This document shows, piece after piece, positions 8,352 through 16,992 of a stretch of DNA of 64,000 nt. Below the pieces are notes generated by a model. The model did no database searches. It was not told where the DNA came from and worked only from the letters and a program-made list of their open reading frames with translations. Each line of letters begins with the position of its first letter. The stretch's first letter is position 1. Source of the DNA: Deltaproteobacteria bacterium (lineage in GTDB: Bacteria; Bdellovibrionota_B; Oligoflexia; Oligoflexales; Bog-1112); contig CANIBL010000005.1 of the NCBI GenBank assembly GCA_947466225.1, positions 2,666-66,665 on the forward strand, in the 5' to 3' direction. The position numbers and the translations under genes are program-made.

Positions 8352-9482
8352 ATGATCATCGGAGTGCCCAAGGAAATCAAGATACGAGAAAATCGCGTTG
8401 CCATCGTGCCGGGGGGGGTAAAAATGCTGACCTCCAACGGGCATCGGGTGCTGATTGAAAAGGGAGCTGGTGTCGGGGCTGGGATTTCGGATGGTGTGTA
8501 TCAGGAATCTGGTGCCACCATTGTGAATGATGTGGAGGAACTCTGGGGCAGTGCAGAGATGATTATAAAGGTGAAGGAGCCTATTGAGGCGGAGTATACC
8601 CGTATGCAACCGGGTCAAATCCTCTATACCTATCTTCACTTAGCGGCTGAACCTGCGTTGGCAAAGGTATTATTGCAGCGTCAGGTGCGCGCGATTGCCT
8701 ATGAAACCATTCAGCTGGCGGATGGATCCCTTCCCCTGCTTCGACCCATGAGTGAGGTGGCCGGTCGTATGGCGGTTCAGGTCGGGGCCCAATGTTTGCA
8801 AAAGCATAATGGGGGAAAAGGGATCCTGCTCGGAGGGGTGCCTGGTGTGCGACGAGGTCGAGTGGTGATTTTGGGTGGCGGTGTTGCTGGGACAAATGCT
8901 GCAAAGATGGCGATCGGACTGGGGGCTGAGGTGACTATTGTGGATGTCAATCAGTCTCGGCTTACCTACCTCGATGATATCTTTGGAAATCAAGTGACTA
9001 CGTTGATGTCAACGCCTGAGATCATTGAACGTACCGTACTGGCCTCTGACTTACTGATTGGTACCGTATTGGTTACTGGAGCAAAGGCCCCTCGGGTGGT
9101 TTCAAAAGACTTGGTTCGACGCATGGAGCCAGGGTCTGTGATTGTGGATGTGGCCATCGATCAAGGCGGTTGTGTAGAAACCATTCGACCCACTACCCAT
9201 GATGATCCCATTTACTTCTATGAAGGCATTAGTCACTACGGGGTGACCAACATGCCAGGAGATGTGCCATGTACCAGTGCATATGCGCTGACTAACGTTA
9301 CGTTGTCTTATGCGTGTGACATTGCAAACAAGGGCTTTGATCGAGCCATGCGAGAGTCAGCACCTTTGAGGCTGGGGTTAAACACCTATGAAGGGGAAAT
9401 GACCCACGAGGTCGTCGCGCATGCATTGGGGTATAAAAGACAAGATACCAGCGCGCTGTTTTCACAGAATGTAGCGGTGTAG
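8352..9482 (+). CDS. ald: Alanine dehydrogenase
   Basis: MIIGVPKEIKIRENRVAIVPGGV N-terminus, NAD site VVILGGGVAGTNAA, VDVAIDQGGC. Confidence 0.9.
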   Translation: MIIGVPKEIKIRENRVAIVPGGVKMLTSNGHRVLIEKGAGVGAGISDGVYQESGATIVNDVEELWGSAEMIIKVKEPIEAEYTRMQPGQILYTYLHLAAEPALAKVLLQRQVRAIAYETIQLADGSLPLLRPMSEVAGRMAVQVGAQCLQKHNGGKGILLGGVPGVRRGRVVILGGGVAGTNAAKMAIGLGAEVTIVDVNQSRLTYLDDIFGNQVTTLMSTPEIIERTVLASDLLIGTVLVTGAKAPRVVSKDLVRRMEPGSVIVDVAIDQGGCVETIRPTTHDDPIYFYEGISHYGVTNMPGDVPCTSAYALTNVTLSYACDIANKGFDRAMRESAPLRLGLNTYEGEMTHEVVAHALGYKRQDTSALFSQNVAV

Positions 9483-9609
9483 TCGTGACGGATTGTTTAT
9501 TAAGAGAAAGTAACGCTCTGTTTTTATAAGAAAATTAAATTTCCCCCTCTCTGTTGTCTCCTGAAAAATCAATTTTCTCCGATACTGTACTCAATCAACT
9601 TCCGATTAT

Positions 9610-9666
9610 CATCTCCCTCGATCGAGGGAGATGCCCGTACGGCCGAGACGGCCTGGGCATGACAGG
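9610..9666 (+). repeat. REP-like palindromic element, copy B
   Basis: A perfect 24-nt palindrome CATCTCCCTCGATCGAGGGAGATG (9610-9633) is followed by the hairpin CCCGTACGGCCGAGACGGCCTGGGC and then ATGACAGG. It is nearly identical to copy C at 45115. Confidence 0.8.
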
Positions 9667-9705
9667 AAGAGTACGGACGGTAGGTTTTTTTTCCACGGGG
9701 CATAT

Positions 9706-11304
9706 ATGAAACAGAGACGCATTTTTTGGCTTGGCTCATGGTTGATGCTAGTTGGAGCATGTAAGTCTATGGATCATGCCTCATCTGATGCTCTTCCGCC
9801 GAGTGCATTTGAGACTCAATCTGCAGTGGGAAAGATTTCCTCCAGCGAAAAAGTTTCAGCAGAAAATTTGACGCTTCATACGCTGGAGCTGAAAATACTC
9901 AAATTGGGAAAAAATACGTATCCGTATATTGTGATCGCACAGCCGCCAAAGAGTGATTTTTTCCAAGCAAAGATTTGCACAGACAAAGTTTGTCAAGACC
10001 CACGTGAGACCACACAGTCTTTTATTTTCCTACCTGGGCTGCAACCTGGAGCGTATACCTTCCAAGTGCGTGCTTGTGTCCAGGCCGTACATGCAATAGA
10101 CGCTGGGAATCCATGTGGTACTTGGGTAACGAAAGGACCTTATACCCAAACCCCAGTTTTAGATCCGGATTTGGACAAACTATTGGTGCAGCAGGATCAA
10201 TCGTTACAACAGCTCTCCTTGTATGGAAATTCCATGTACCAGCTGTTGAAGCAGTATGAAGATGCCGTATCTACTTGCGCTGTCTCTGCAGACCAGCGTC
10301 CAAGTGAATTGGACGAAGTTGATATTCACAATGCTCTTGCGCTGGGGCCAGATGCATTTTCGTTCTTAATGTACCCATTGAATCAAACAGCCCCCTATGC
10401 GCAGGTAGATACCTCCGTGCCCTTTTCTTTGTCTGATTATAATGCATTGTCTTATCAACAGAAAAAAATGGCAGATCAGATTTTCCAATCCAAAAAATAC
10501 CAGTTTACCTCTGACAATCGATTGGTAGATGCTCAAGGGACGCGATTGGATTATTACGCAATTTTACAAGGAATTTCCACATCGCTTGATGCCACCTATA
10601 TCACATATCGAGTCTATCTTGCATTGGATGCAAAGGAAAAAAAGGCACTCAGTTTGATCATAGGAGAGGAGAAATATCGTTTTGATGACGAAGTGTTGGT
10701 GGATGGAAAAGGGGTGCCTGTGGATCGGTCTTCTACTCTATCCGATGCAAAAGACCGGGGTCAGACGATATCGGATGATGAGGTTTCGCCACCAGCGGAT
10801 AGTAAAGCCTCCGTTTCTTTGCCCGCACTCTTGGGCTCTATCGCGGGATTTTTCCTGGGTGCATGGGTGCTAAAATCCGGATGGAGTACATGGCAACAAG
10901 GCAGAACCACAACAGAGGGAGCGGTAAAAGATAAGCTAAACGTAGAGGTGGAGACTTTGAAGCAGATCGAATTGAATAAAGTTTCAGGAGCAGGAGCAGA
11001 GAAAATCAAGTCTGCTCAGGAGAAGCTAATGAAAAATGCTCAATCTACAGAATATCGGGGGAACCGGCGTGTTGTACAAGGCAAAGTATTGTTTGGCTTC
11101 GGTGCTGCTCTGGTATTGGCATCCATAATTACCTCTGCTTTGGCAGGAACGGGAAATTTGAACCTTGCAGCAGATGCCAACAGTGGTGTTTGTCCCAATT
11201 TAGATGCCATGCCTTCTCAATTGAAAAAATTGCAATCTGAGATTCAACAGGAAGTGACGAATATGGATGCTTTGGGGAAAACCATTTCGAGTCATCTACT
11301 ATGA
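9706..11304 (+). CDS. Membrane-anchored lipoprotein, paralog family 1 (function unknown)
   Basis: Start moved to ATG 9706 (MKQRRIFWLGSWLMLVGAC, lipobox) because the listed 9631 start lies inside the REP element. It has a Cys-containing Fn3-like module (PGAYTFQVRACV), a late TM segment (IAGFFLGAWVL) and a C-terminal coiled segment. It is a paralog of 27400-28641. Confidence 0.75.
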   Translation: MKQRRIFWLGSWLMLVGACKSMDHASSDALPPSAFETQSAVGKISSSEKVSAENLTLHTLELKILKLGKNTYPYIVIAQPPKSDFFQAKICTDKVCQDPRETTQSFIFLPGLQPGAYTFQVRACVQAVHAIDAGNPCGTWVTKGPYTQTPVLDPDLDKLLVQQDQSLQQLSLYGNSMYQLLKQYEDAVSTCAVSADQRPSELDEVDIHNALALGPDAFSFLMYPLNQTAPYAQVDTSVPFSLSDYNALSYQQKKMADQIFQSKKYQFTSDNRLVDAQGTRLDYYAILQGISTSLDATYITYRVYLALDAKEKKALSLIIGEEKYRFDDEVLVDGKGVPVDRSSTLSDAKDRGQTISDDEVSPPADSKASVSLPALLGSIAGFFLGAWVLKSGWSTWQQGRTTTEGAVKDKLNVEVETLKQIELNKVSGAGAEKIKSAQEKLMKNAQSTEYRGNRRVVQGKVLFGFGAALVLASIITSALAGTGNLNLAADANSGVCPNLDAMPSQLKKLQSEIQQEVTNMDALGKTISSHLL

Positions 11305-12746
11305 ATGCCCGGTGTTGGATTTTTTTACTCAGTTTACTTGAAGTCTCTTGTCGCCATATTTCTACAGGTAGAGATAGCGGGCAAGAGATGACGGGCACAC
11401 AGAGTACAACTCAACAGGCGCTGCAGCCACCTCTAACCCCAGTAGAAAAAGCGCTGCCTGGACAAGGAGAGGAAAAGGAAATCGGCCTCTCTAATTTCTT
11501 GGGTTATTGTCGAGCACCAGGTACGCCGGATGTGCAACATACGATTTCGGTTCTGCTTGCCTATGTGAAAGAGTCCGATTGTATACAGGCAGACAAAGCA
11601 CTCTCTCAATTAACACGACTGATTTTACGAGGCCAAGAGCTCACGGATGTGCGACCATTGGCTGGCTTTACCCAGTTGCAAGAGCTAGATCTCGATAATA
11701 ATAAAATTGAATATATTGCGCCGATTGCTTCGTTTCGAAACAAGTTGACCTACTTTTCTTTCAAACAAAATATTGCCTATGAAATTGAAAAAAATGCGCC
11801 CGTGGTCTATTTGGATGAGCACGAGCAATATAAATTGTCGAGTGCCATGTGGTATCTGCAGCAAGTGAGGGTAGCAGATACGTCTGGGCTAGATTTGCCA
11901 GCATTGGGAAATATGCCTGGAGGGAAAAAGGGAAAAGATAGTTGGTTGTATATTCCAAAAGATCGGCAGTACAAAACTATTGTCGCTGGAAATACCTCTA
12001 CTGCGCATACCTACGTTTTTGTTAAGTACGGAGTGGAGGGCCTATACACGGACATTTTCTATTGGTTTTTTTATCCGTTCAACGGGCCTGGAACGGCAGA
12101 AACATCCTTGGTTCCAGGGTATCGATTTGAAACCTATCCCATTGGGATTCACGAAGGAGATTGGGAACAAATTCAAGTTAGGCTAAATCCCGACCATACG
12201 ATAGAAAAAGTAGGGTTAAAGCGGCATGGGACTACCAACTGGTATCAAACTGAAGACTTGCTATGGGAAGAGACTCACCCCATCATTTTCCCGTCTCGAA
12301 ATGGCCATGCGGCAACCCCTTCCATCGATGGGATTACGTACCATCTTACCGGTGGGGTGGCGTTTTACGACATCGCCTCTTATGGGCAAAGGTTTGAAAG
12401 TTTTAGACCGGAGCATATTATGCTGTGTGCCACTAGCTTACATCCTCAGTTCATTTTTGATCCCACTGTAGCGCAATGGCATCATTTTTTTGGCCGATGG
12501 GGGGCCCCAAAAAAAGGATTTGATGTAAGTGCAGATTCAGAAAGTTTAGTAAATGCGTTGCTGGGGGGAGATCATGTGAGTGGCGTGTTGGATTTTCCCA
12601 TTCGTATGGCTGCGCGAACCCTATTTCAAACCCTTCTGTTAGATGGAAATGTTAGGGAAAAATTGGACGTAGAAACAGGAGGGGGGCCTCCCTCTCCTTT
12701 TGAAGGCTGGAATTCAGAGTTTCCATTACCGGAAGATCAACAGTAG
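11301..12746 (+). CDS. Secreted LRR + Vps62/DUF946-like protein
   Basis: ATGA overlap with the upstream gene. Signal-like N-terminus, LRR units (LTRLILRGQELTDVRPLAGFTQLQELDLDNNKIEYI) and a Vps62-like core (YVFVKYGV..IFYWFFYPFNGPG..IHEGDWEQIQVRL). Confidence 0.7.
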   Translation: MNARCWIFLLSLLEVSCRHISTGRDSGQEMTGTQSTTQQALQPPLTPVEKALPGQGEEKEIGLSNFLGYCRAPGTPDVQHTISVLLAYVKESDCIQADKALSQLTRLILRGQELTDVRPLAGFTQLQELDLDNNKIEYIAPIASFRNKLTYFSFKQNIAYEIEKNAPVVYLDEHEQYKLSSAMWYLQQVRVADTSGLDLPALGNMPGGKKGKDSWLYIPKDRQYKTIVAGNTSTAHTYVFVKYGVEGLYTDIFYWFFYPFNGPGTAETSLVPGYRFETYPIGIHEGDWEQIQVRLNPDHTIEKVGLKRHGTTNWYQTEDLLWEETHPIIFPSRNGHAATPSIDGITYHLTGGVAFYDIASYGQRFESFRPEHIMLCATSLHPQFIFDPTVAQWHHFFGRWGAPKKGFDVSADSESLVNALLGGDHVSGVLDFPIRMAARTLFQTLLLDGNVREKLDVETGGGPPSPFEGWNSEFPLPEDQQ

Positions 12747-13693
12747 TGCTGTGTAGAAAAAATTGCTTCAGTAAACTCTTTTCGGATACGGGCTACCAGT
12801 TCAGCTGTGGTGGGGATATCGTGGATCAACCCTGCGACCTGTCCCACTTCGAGTTCTCCCTCTTCCCAGTCTCCTTCTAGCATACCCTGTTTCGCGCGCC
12901 CTTTTCCTAGTAAGATTGTGAGCTCTTCTGCTGCAGCACCGCGTGCCTCCAGTTCCTGGACTTTATCGTAGAACGGGTTTCGCAAGAGGCGCACGGGCAT
13001 GAGTTTTTTCATACAGAGCATGGTGCCATAGGTTGAGGCTCTCAGTACCGCGGACTTGAAGTTGGGATGGGCACTAGATTCTTGTGTGGCCAGAAACCGG
13101 GTTCCCATTTGCACGCCTTCTGCACCCAAGGCAAAGGCAGCGACCATGCTGGCGCCTGTAGAAAAGCCCCCAGCTGCGAGTACTGGGATGCCTACGGCTT
13201 GTCGAACTTGCGGGATGAGTACGAGGCTGGTGAGTTCATCTCGTCCGTTGTGGCCTCCGGCTTCGAAGCCTTCTGCAATCACGGCATCTACGCCTGCTTC
13301 TTCGCATTTTTTTGCTAGCACAGGGGAGGACACCACATGGAGTACGGTGCAGCCTTCTTGTTTCAACCGTGCGGTATAGGTTCTAGGACTACCGGCAGAG
13401 GTGATGAAAATACGGATCCCGGCGCGCAAGGCGATGTTGATCTGCTCTTCGGTATGTCGATAGAGCAAGGGAATGTTGACGGCAATGGGCCGTGAAGTCT
13501 GTGCCAGGGCTTTATGGATATGGCTTTCGAGAAGCTCCAACGACATGGAACCTGCGCCAATGACCCCGAGAATTCCGCTGTTAGCAGCCGCCACAGCTAG
13601 CTTATATCCCGAAACCCAAACCATGCCGGCTTGGATCAAGGGGAACTCGAGTTGAAGTAGGGTGCAAATGCGGTTGGATGCGGGAGGGTGCAT
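12737..13693 (-). CDS. Nitronate monooxygenase / FabK-like FMN oxidoreductase
   Basis: FPLIQAGMVWVSGYKLAVAAANSGILGVIGAG, AEGFEAGGH, VLAAGGFSTG. Confidence 0.85.
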   Translation of the reverse strand: MHPPASNRICTLLQLEFPLIQAGMVWVSGYKLAVAAANSGILGVIGAGSMSLELLESHIHKALAQTSRPIAVNIPLLYRHTEEQINIALRAGIRIFITSAGSPRTYTARLKQEGCTVLHVVSSPVLAKKCEEAGVDAVIAEGFEAGGHNGRDELTSLVLIPQVRQAVGIPVLAAGGFSTGASMVAAFALGAEGVQMGTRFLATQESSAHPNFKSAVLRASTYGTMLCMKKLMPVRLLRNPFYDKVQELEARGAAAEELTILLGKGRAKQGMLEGDWEEGELEVGQVAGLIHDIPTTAELVARIRKEFTEAIFSTQHYC

Positions 13694-13914
13694 GGCAGGG
13701 GCCTTTCTTCAGGCAGAAGGATGAGCCCCATTTATAGCATGGATGAATCGTAACTCTCTAGGTACCGCAGAAAGCCTATAATCTAGGTAAAAATCAAAAA
13801 AACCGAATACATACCGTTTCATCCCAGGATCTTTCTTTGAAGAACCAGTCAATTGGTTCGCTGTATTATATCATGGCGGAGTATGATACATTGCGGGGCC
13901 GATATTGTACATTT

Positions 13915-13944
13915 CATCCTCTCCCTCGATTGAAGGGGAGGATG
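13915..13944 (+). promoter_or_regulatory. Hairpin that pairs the Shine-Dalgarno of the downstream methyltransferase gene
   Basis: CATCCTCTCCC (13915-13925) / GGGGAGGATG (13935-13944) around a 9-nt loop. GGAGGA (13937-13942) lies 9 nt before ATG 13952. Confidence 0.5.
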
Positions 13945-13951
13945 ATGGCGT

Positions 13952-14824
13952 ATGTTTTTTCTGTTAGGAAAGGAATTTCTTGTGCGTGAGGGATATGAAT
14001 TATTGGATGCGGGGGATTTTCGTAAGTTGGAACAAGTCGGTCCGTATCGGGTAATCCGCCCCTGCCCACAAGCTGTGTGGCATCCACAGCGTTCTACGCA
14101 AGAGTGGCAGGGTGCCCATGGGGAGTTTTGTCGCAGTAGCAGTGGAAATGGAACGTGGAAATTGCGAGGCAAAATCCCTGCCTCTTGGAACATTTCCCTC
14201 TATGGACACCAAGTTTTGGTGCGTCTCACAGATTTTGGCCACCTGGGTTTTTTTCCCGAACACCATCTTCATGGGGTGATTCCCTGGGCGCAACAGCATC
14301 CTGGTAAAAAGAAGATCCTGCATTTGTTTGCTTACACTGGAACCGGGAGTGTGAGCTTGGCTGCATGTGGGATGGATGTGGTACATGTCGATGCTTCCAA
14401 AACGAGCTTGGCCTGGGGCAAGGAGAACGTCGAGTTGACGCCTGTTACCGGATCGATTCGATGGATCCTTGATGATGCGCATAAGTTTGTGCAGCGTGAA
14501 GCCCGGCGTGGGCAGCAATATGATGGTATTCTTCTTGATCCTCCGAGTTTTGGACGAGACCCAGCTGGGAAGGTATGGAAAATTGAAGAGCATTTGCTGC
14601 CGCTCTTAGAAGACCTCAAGTCATTGCGAAGTCCGGAGTTCTCTTTCTTCCAACTGACCTCACACTCGCCTTTTTACACGCCTGTTGTCTTGGAAAATCT
14701 TGTGCAAGATTGGTGGGGATCTGCACCAGGTATCGTGAGCTCATTTGAAATGACGGTGCAAGAAACAAGTTCCAATCGTCGATTGCCGTGCGGTGCTGGA
14801 GCCTGGATTCGGAGGGAATTTTGA
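13952..14824 (+). CDS. Class I SAM-dependent RNA methyltransferase (RlmI/RlmK-like)
   Basis: LHLFAYTGTGSVSLAACGMDVVHVDAS (SAM motif I region) and ILLDPPSFGR (motif IV DPPxF). Confidence 0.8.
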   Translation: MFFLLGKEFLVREGYELLDAGDFRKLEQVGPYRVIRPCPQAVWHPQRSTQEWQGAHGEFCRSSSGNGTWKLRGKIPASWNISLYGHQVLVRLTDFGHLGFFPEHHLHGVIPWAQQHPGKKKILHLFAYTGTGSVSLAACGMDVVHVDASKTSLAWGKENVELTPVTGSIRWILDDAHKFVQREARRGQQYDGILLDPPSFGRDPAGKVWKIEEHLLPLLEDLKSLRSPEFSFFQLTSHSPFYTPVVLENLVQDWWGSAPGIVSSFEMTVQETSSNRRLPCGAGAWIRREF

Positions 14825-15618
14825 GAGAGAAAGAGATTACGAGTCTGCAAAATCCGACCTTGAAGTGGGCCTTGCGGTTGCGAGACTCTCGATTTCGCAA
14901 GCAAGAGGCACGTGTTTTGGTTGAGGGTGCTCGAGAGATTCAACGGGCTCTCGCTTCGGAGTGGACCTTAGAAACGCTGTTTTATTGTGAGGACTCTCTG
15001 TCGTCTGCAGCGAGGAAGATTCTAACGGGATCTCAACAGGTACAAAAGCTATCCTTGTCTGCGCCACTCTACGAAAAACTGTGCATGCGAGAATCCAGTG
15101 ATGGCATATGCGGTATTTTTTTAGAGAAGACCTATAAGTTGTCGGATTTTCTTCCAAAGAAAATCAGCTTGATCCTTGCGGTTGAAGGGATTGAGAAGCC
15201 GGGTAATTTGGGGGCGCTCTTGCGTACCTGTGATGCTGTTGGAGCCGAAGCATTGATATTACTCGGGCCTTGTTTGGATTCCTTTGGGGTTAACGTGATT
15301 CGCAGCAGCCTGGGGGCGCGTTTCACTGTTCCGGTGATTGCTACCACTCCAGATATTTTCTGCTCTTACATGAAGAAGTATGATTTCACCCCCTTTGCTG
15401 CCGTGTTAGCGGAGGATACGAAGCGCTATGATCAGGTTGTGTATCCCCCTCGCTCTGCACTTTTATTGGGGAGCGAGGCCCATGGGCTGCAACCCTGGTG
15501 GAAAGAGGCCGGCGTACAAGGGGTGCAAATACCCATGTGCGGCAAAGTCGACTCGCTCAATGTTTCCGTAGCTGCTGGGATTCTGCTCTATGAGATTGCA
15601 CGACAGCAGGGGTTTTAA
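14821..15618 (+). CDS. TrmH/SpoU-family RNA 2'-O-methyltransferase
   Basis: Start chosen at TTG 14821 (GGAGG at 14811-14815), giving the typical N-terminus ..ITSLQNPTLKW. SpoU motifs LAVEGIEKPGNLGALLRTCDAVG, LLLGSEAHGL, SLNVSVAAGILLYE. Confidence 0.85.
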   Translation: MREKEITSLQNPTLKWALRLRDSRFRKQEARVLVEGAREIQRALASEWTLETLFYCEDSLSSAARKILTGSQQVQKLSLSAPLYEKLCMRESSDGICGIFLEKTYKLSDFLPKKISLILAVEGIEKPGNLGALLRTCDAVGAEALILLGPCLDSFGVNVIRSSLGARFTVPVIATTPDIFCSYMKKYDFTPFAAVLAEDTKRYDQVVYPPRSALLLGSEAHGLQPWWKEAGVQGVQIPMCGKVDSLNVSVAAGILLYEIARQQGF

Positions 15619-15739
15619 TATCTTGTTTTTTTTATTTTATTTCTGACCCACCTGCGAAATTTCTGCAAAAAATACATGATCTAAAGAAATCAAATGGTAT
15701 ACCGCTGCTTTTCAGCAAGCATAATGAGAGGATTTTTTT

Positions 15740-16885
15740 ATGGCAAATATCCTTATTTGGGTGTGGTTCATGCTGGGCTTTTTGATGAGCCCCTATGCAG
15801 AAGGTGCGCCCTATCAACGAGAATGTCGTGCTGCCCCCCAAAATCCATATGAAGAGAAGATGAAAGTCTGTTGCGAGTCAACCAATGAAATTTTCAGTTG
15901 GTCTGAAGGTAAGATTGTTGAACATGCGAAGCAGATCCAAGAGGAATATGCCCAAGTTCGACCCTTTACGACAGGAAAAGGTGGAGCTGCGGTGTACCAT
16001 GTAATCATCCAAAAGCCACCTTATACTCCCTATATACTCAAGGTATTTCCGGAAGCAAACGAATCAGCCTGGCGAGAAATATTTCATACTTGTTTGGTTC
16101 AAGTCTTTCGCGATAAGGCGCCCCAATTTATGCACCATCTTGGGAGTGGGATGGTGGGTAATTCCGATCCGTGGCGAAACATCAGTCCGTTGCTAAAACC
16201 CGCAAAGACAAGGGGGCTCCCCATGATGGTAGCGGAGTATATCGAAGGCACTCCGCTATTGAGCGTAGGGTCTTCCTCTGGAGAAGAAATGTTTGCTGCC
16301 TCTAAGGCTGTAGCGTTGCATCCTCGAGATATTAAATCCATTTTTTTCCAGCTACTCCATGCGATGTCATTGGCGCATGCAAAAGTGGGGTTGAAGCATT
16401 ACGATTTGCATCCAGGTAATGTTTTGATTACCGACCAAAAAATTGAGAAAGATGGATTCCCTGTATTTTCTCTTGAAACACAAGAGGGACGAAGAGAAAC
16501 GTTTACCGGGCAATTGCTGGGAACTCCTTTGATCAAAATCATTGATTTTGGCTTAGCGGAGTCTGTAGAGATGGAGCAAAGTCGGGTAGATCTTTCTCTT
16601 CGATGGACCACAGGTGTGCTTCGTGCCTTTGGGCAAAAAGAGAAGTCAACAGGCGAAAAAATTAAAGGACTCTTTAGCCCCCCTATTGCCCTATCAGTAG
16701 AAAATAAAGATTTGGCTTTTATTTTAACCATGCAAAACACCCTGGCTAAAATGGCGAAGGATCCTCTGCAAATGCCTCTGTTGCAATGCCAGGACTTTGC
16801 TACTTGCTTGGAAAATCCCTGGTTTTCTGAGGTGCGTACCTTAGAAATTGCGCCGCGAGGGTTTATCGTTCCGCCTCCAGAGTGA
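15740..16885 (+). CDS. Secreted protein-kinase-like protein
   Basis: Signal-like N-terminus MANILIWVWFMLGFLMSPYAEG. Kinase motifs GKGGAAVYHV..YILKVF, MMVAEYIEG, HYDLHPGNVLI (HxDxxxxN), IKIIDFGLAE (DFG). Confidence 0.8.
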   Translation: MANILIWVWFMLGFLMSPYAEGAPYQRECRAAPQNPYEEKMKVCCESTNEIFSWSEGKIVEHAKQIQEEYAQVRPFTTGKGGAAVYHVIIQKPPYTPYILKVFPEANESAWREIFHTCLVQVFRDKAPQFMHHLGSGMVGNSDPWRNISPLLKPAKTRGLPMMVAEYIEGTPLLSVGSSSGEEMFAASKAVALHPRDIKSIFFQLLHAMSLAHAKVGLKHYDLHPGNVLITDQKIEKDGFPVFSLETQEGRRETFTGQLLGTPLIKIIDFGLAESVEMEQSRVDLSLRWTTGVLRAFGQKEKSTGEKIKGLFSPPIALSVENKDLAFILTMQNTLAKMAKDPLQMPLLQCQDFATCLENPWFSEVRTLEIAPRGFIVPPPE

Positions 16886-16992
16886 TATCACTTTTTCTCA
16901 GCAAAATAAGAAGCCGCTGGTTCTCCCCTATCAAATGTAGTAGGTGAAAAGACACTAAGAAGTGTCTTGCCCCACTGGGGAGGGAGTCTACC

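Noticed and set aside
9634-9690. Possible HDV-like or other self-cleaving ribozyme, because GGCCTGGGCA resembles part of the HDV core
   Set aside because: The element folds as simple bulged hairpins. I could not place the nested double-pseudoknot (P1/P1.1/P2/P3/P4) or hammerhead/twister core motifs, and the copies occur in both orientations relative to genes.
9631-9705. An N-terminal extension MPVRPRRPGHDRKSTDG.. of the 9631 ORF, with a similar mini-ORF MSMRPRRPGHDRIRLK in REP copy C (45134-45184)
   Set aside because: The peptide similarity simply reflects the repeated DNA element. The apparent SD abuts the ATG with no spacing. Copies A and D lack the ATG or the frame. The downstream Met at 9706 gives a proper lipoprotein signal.
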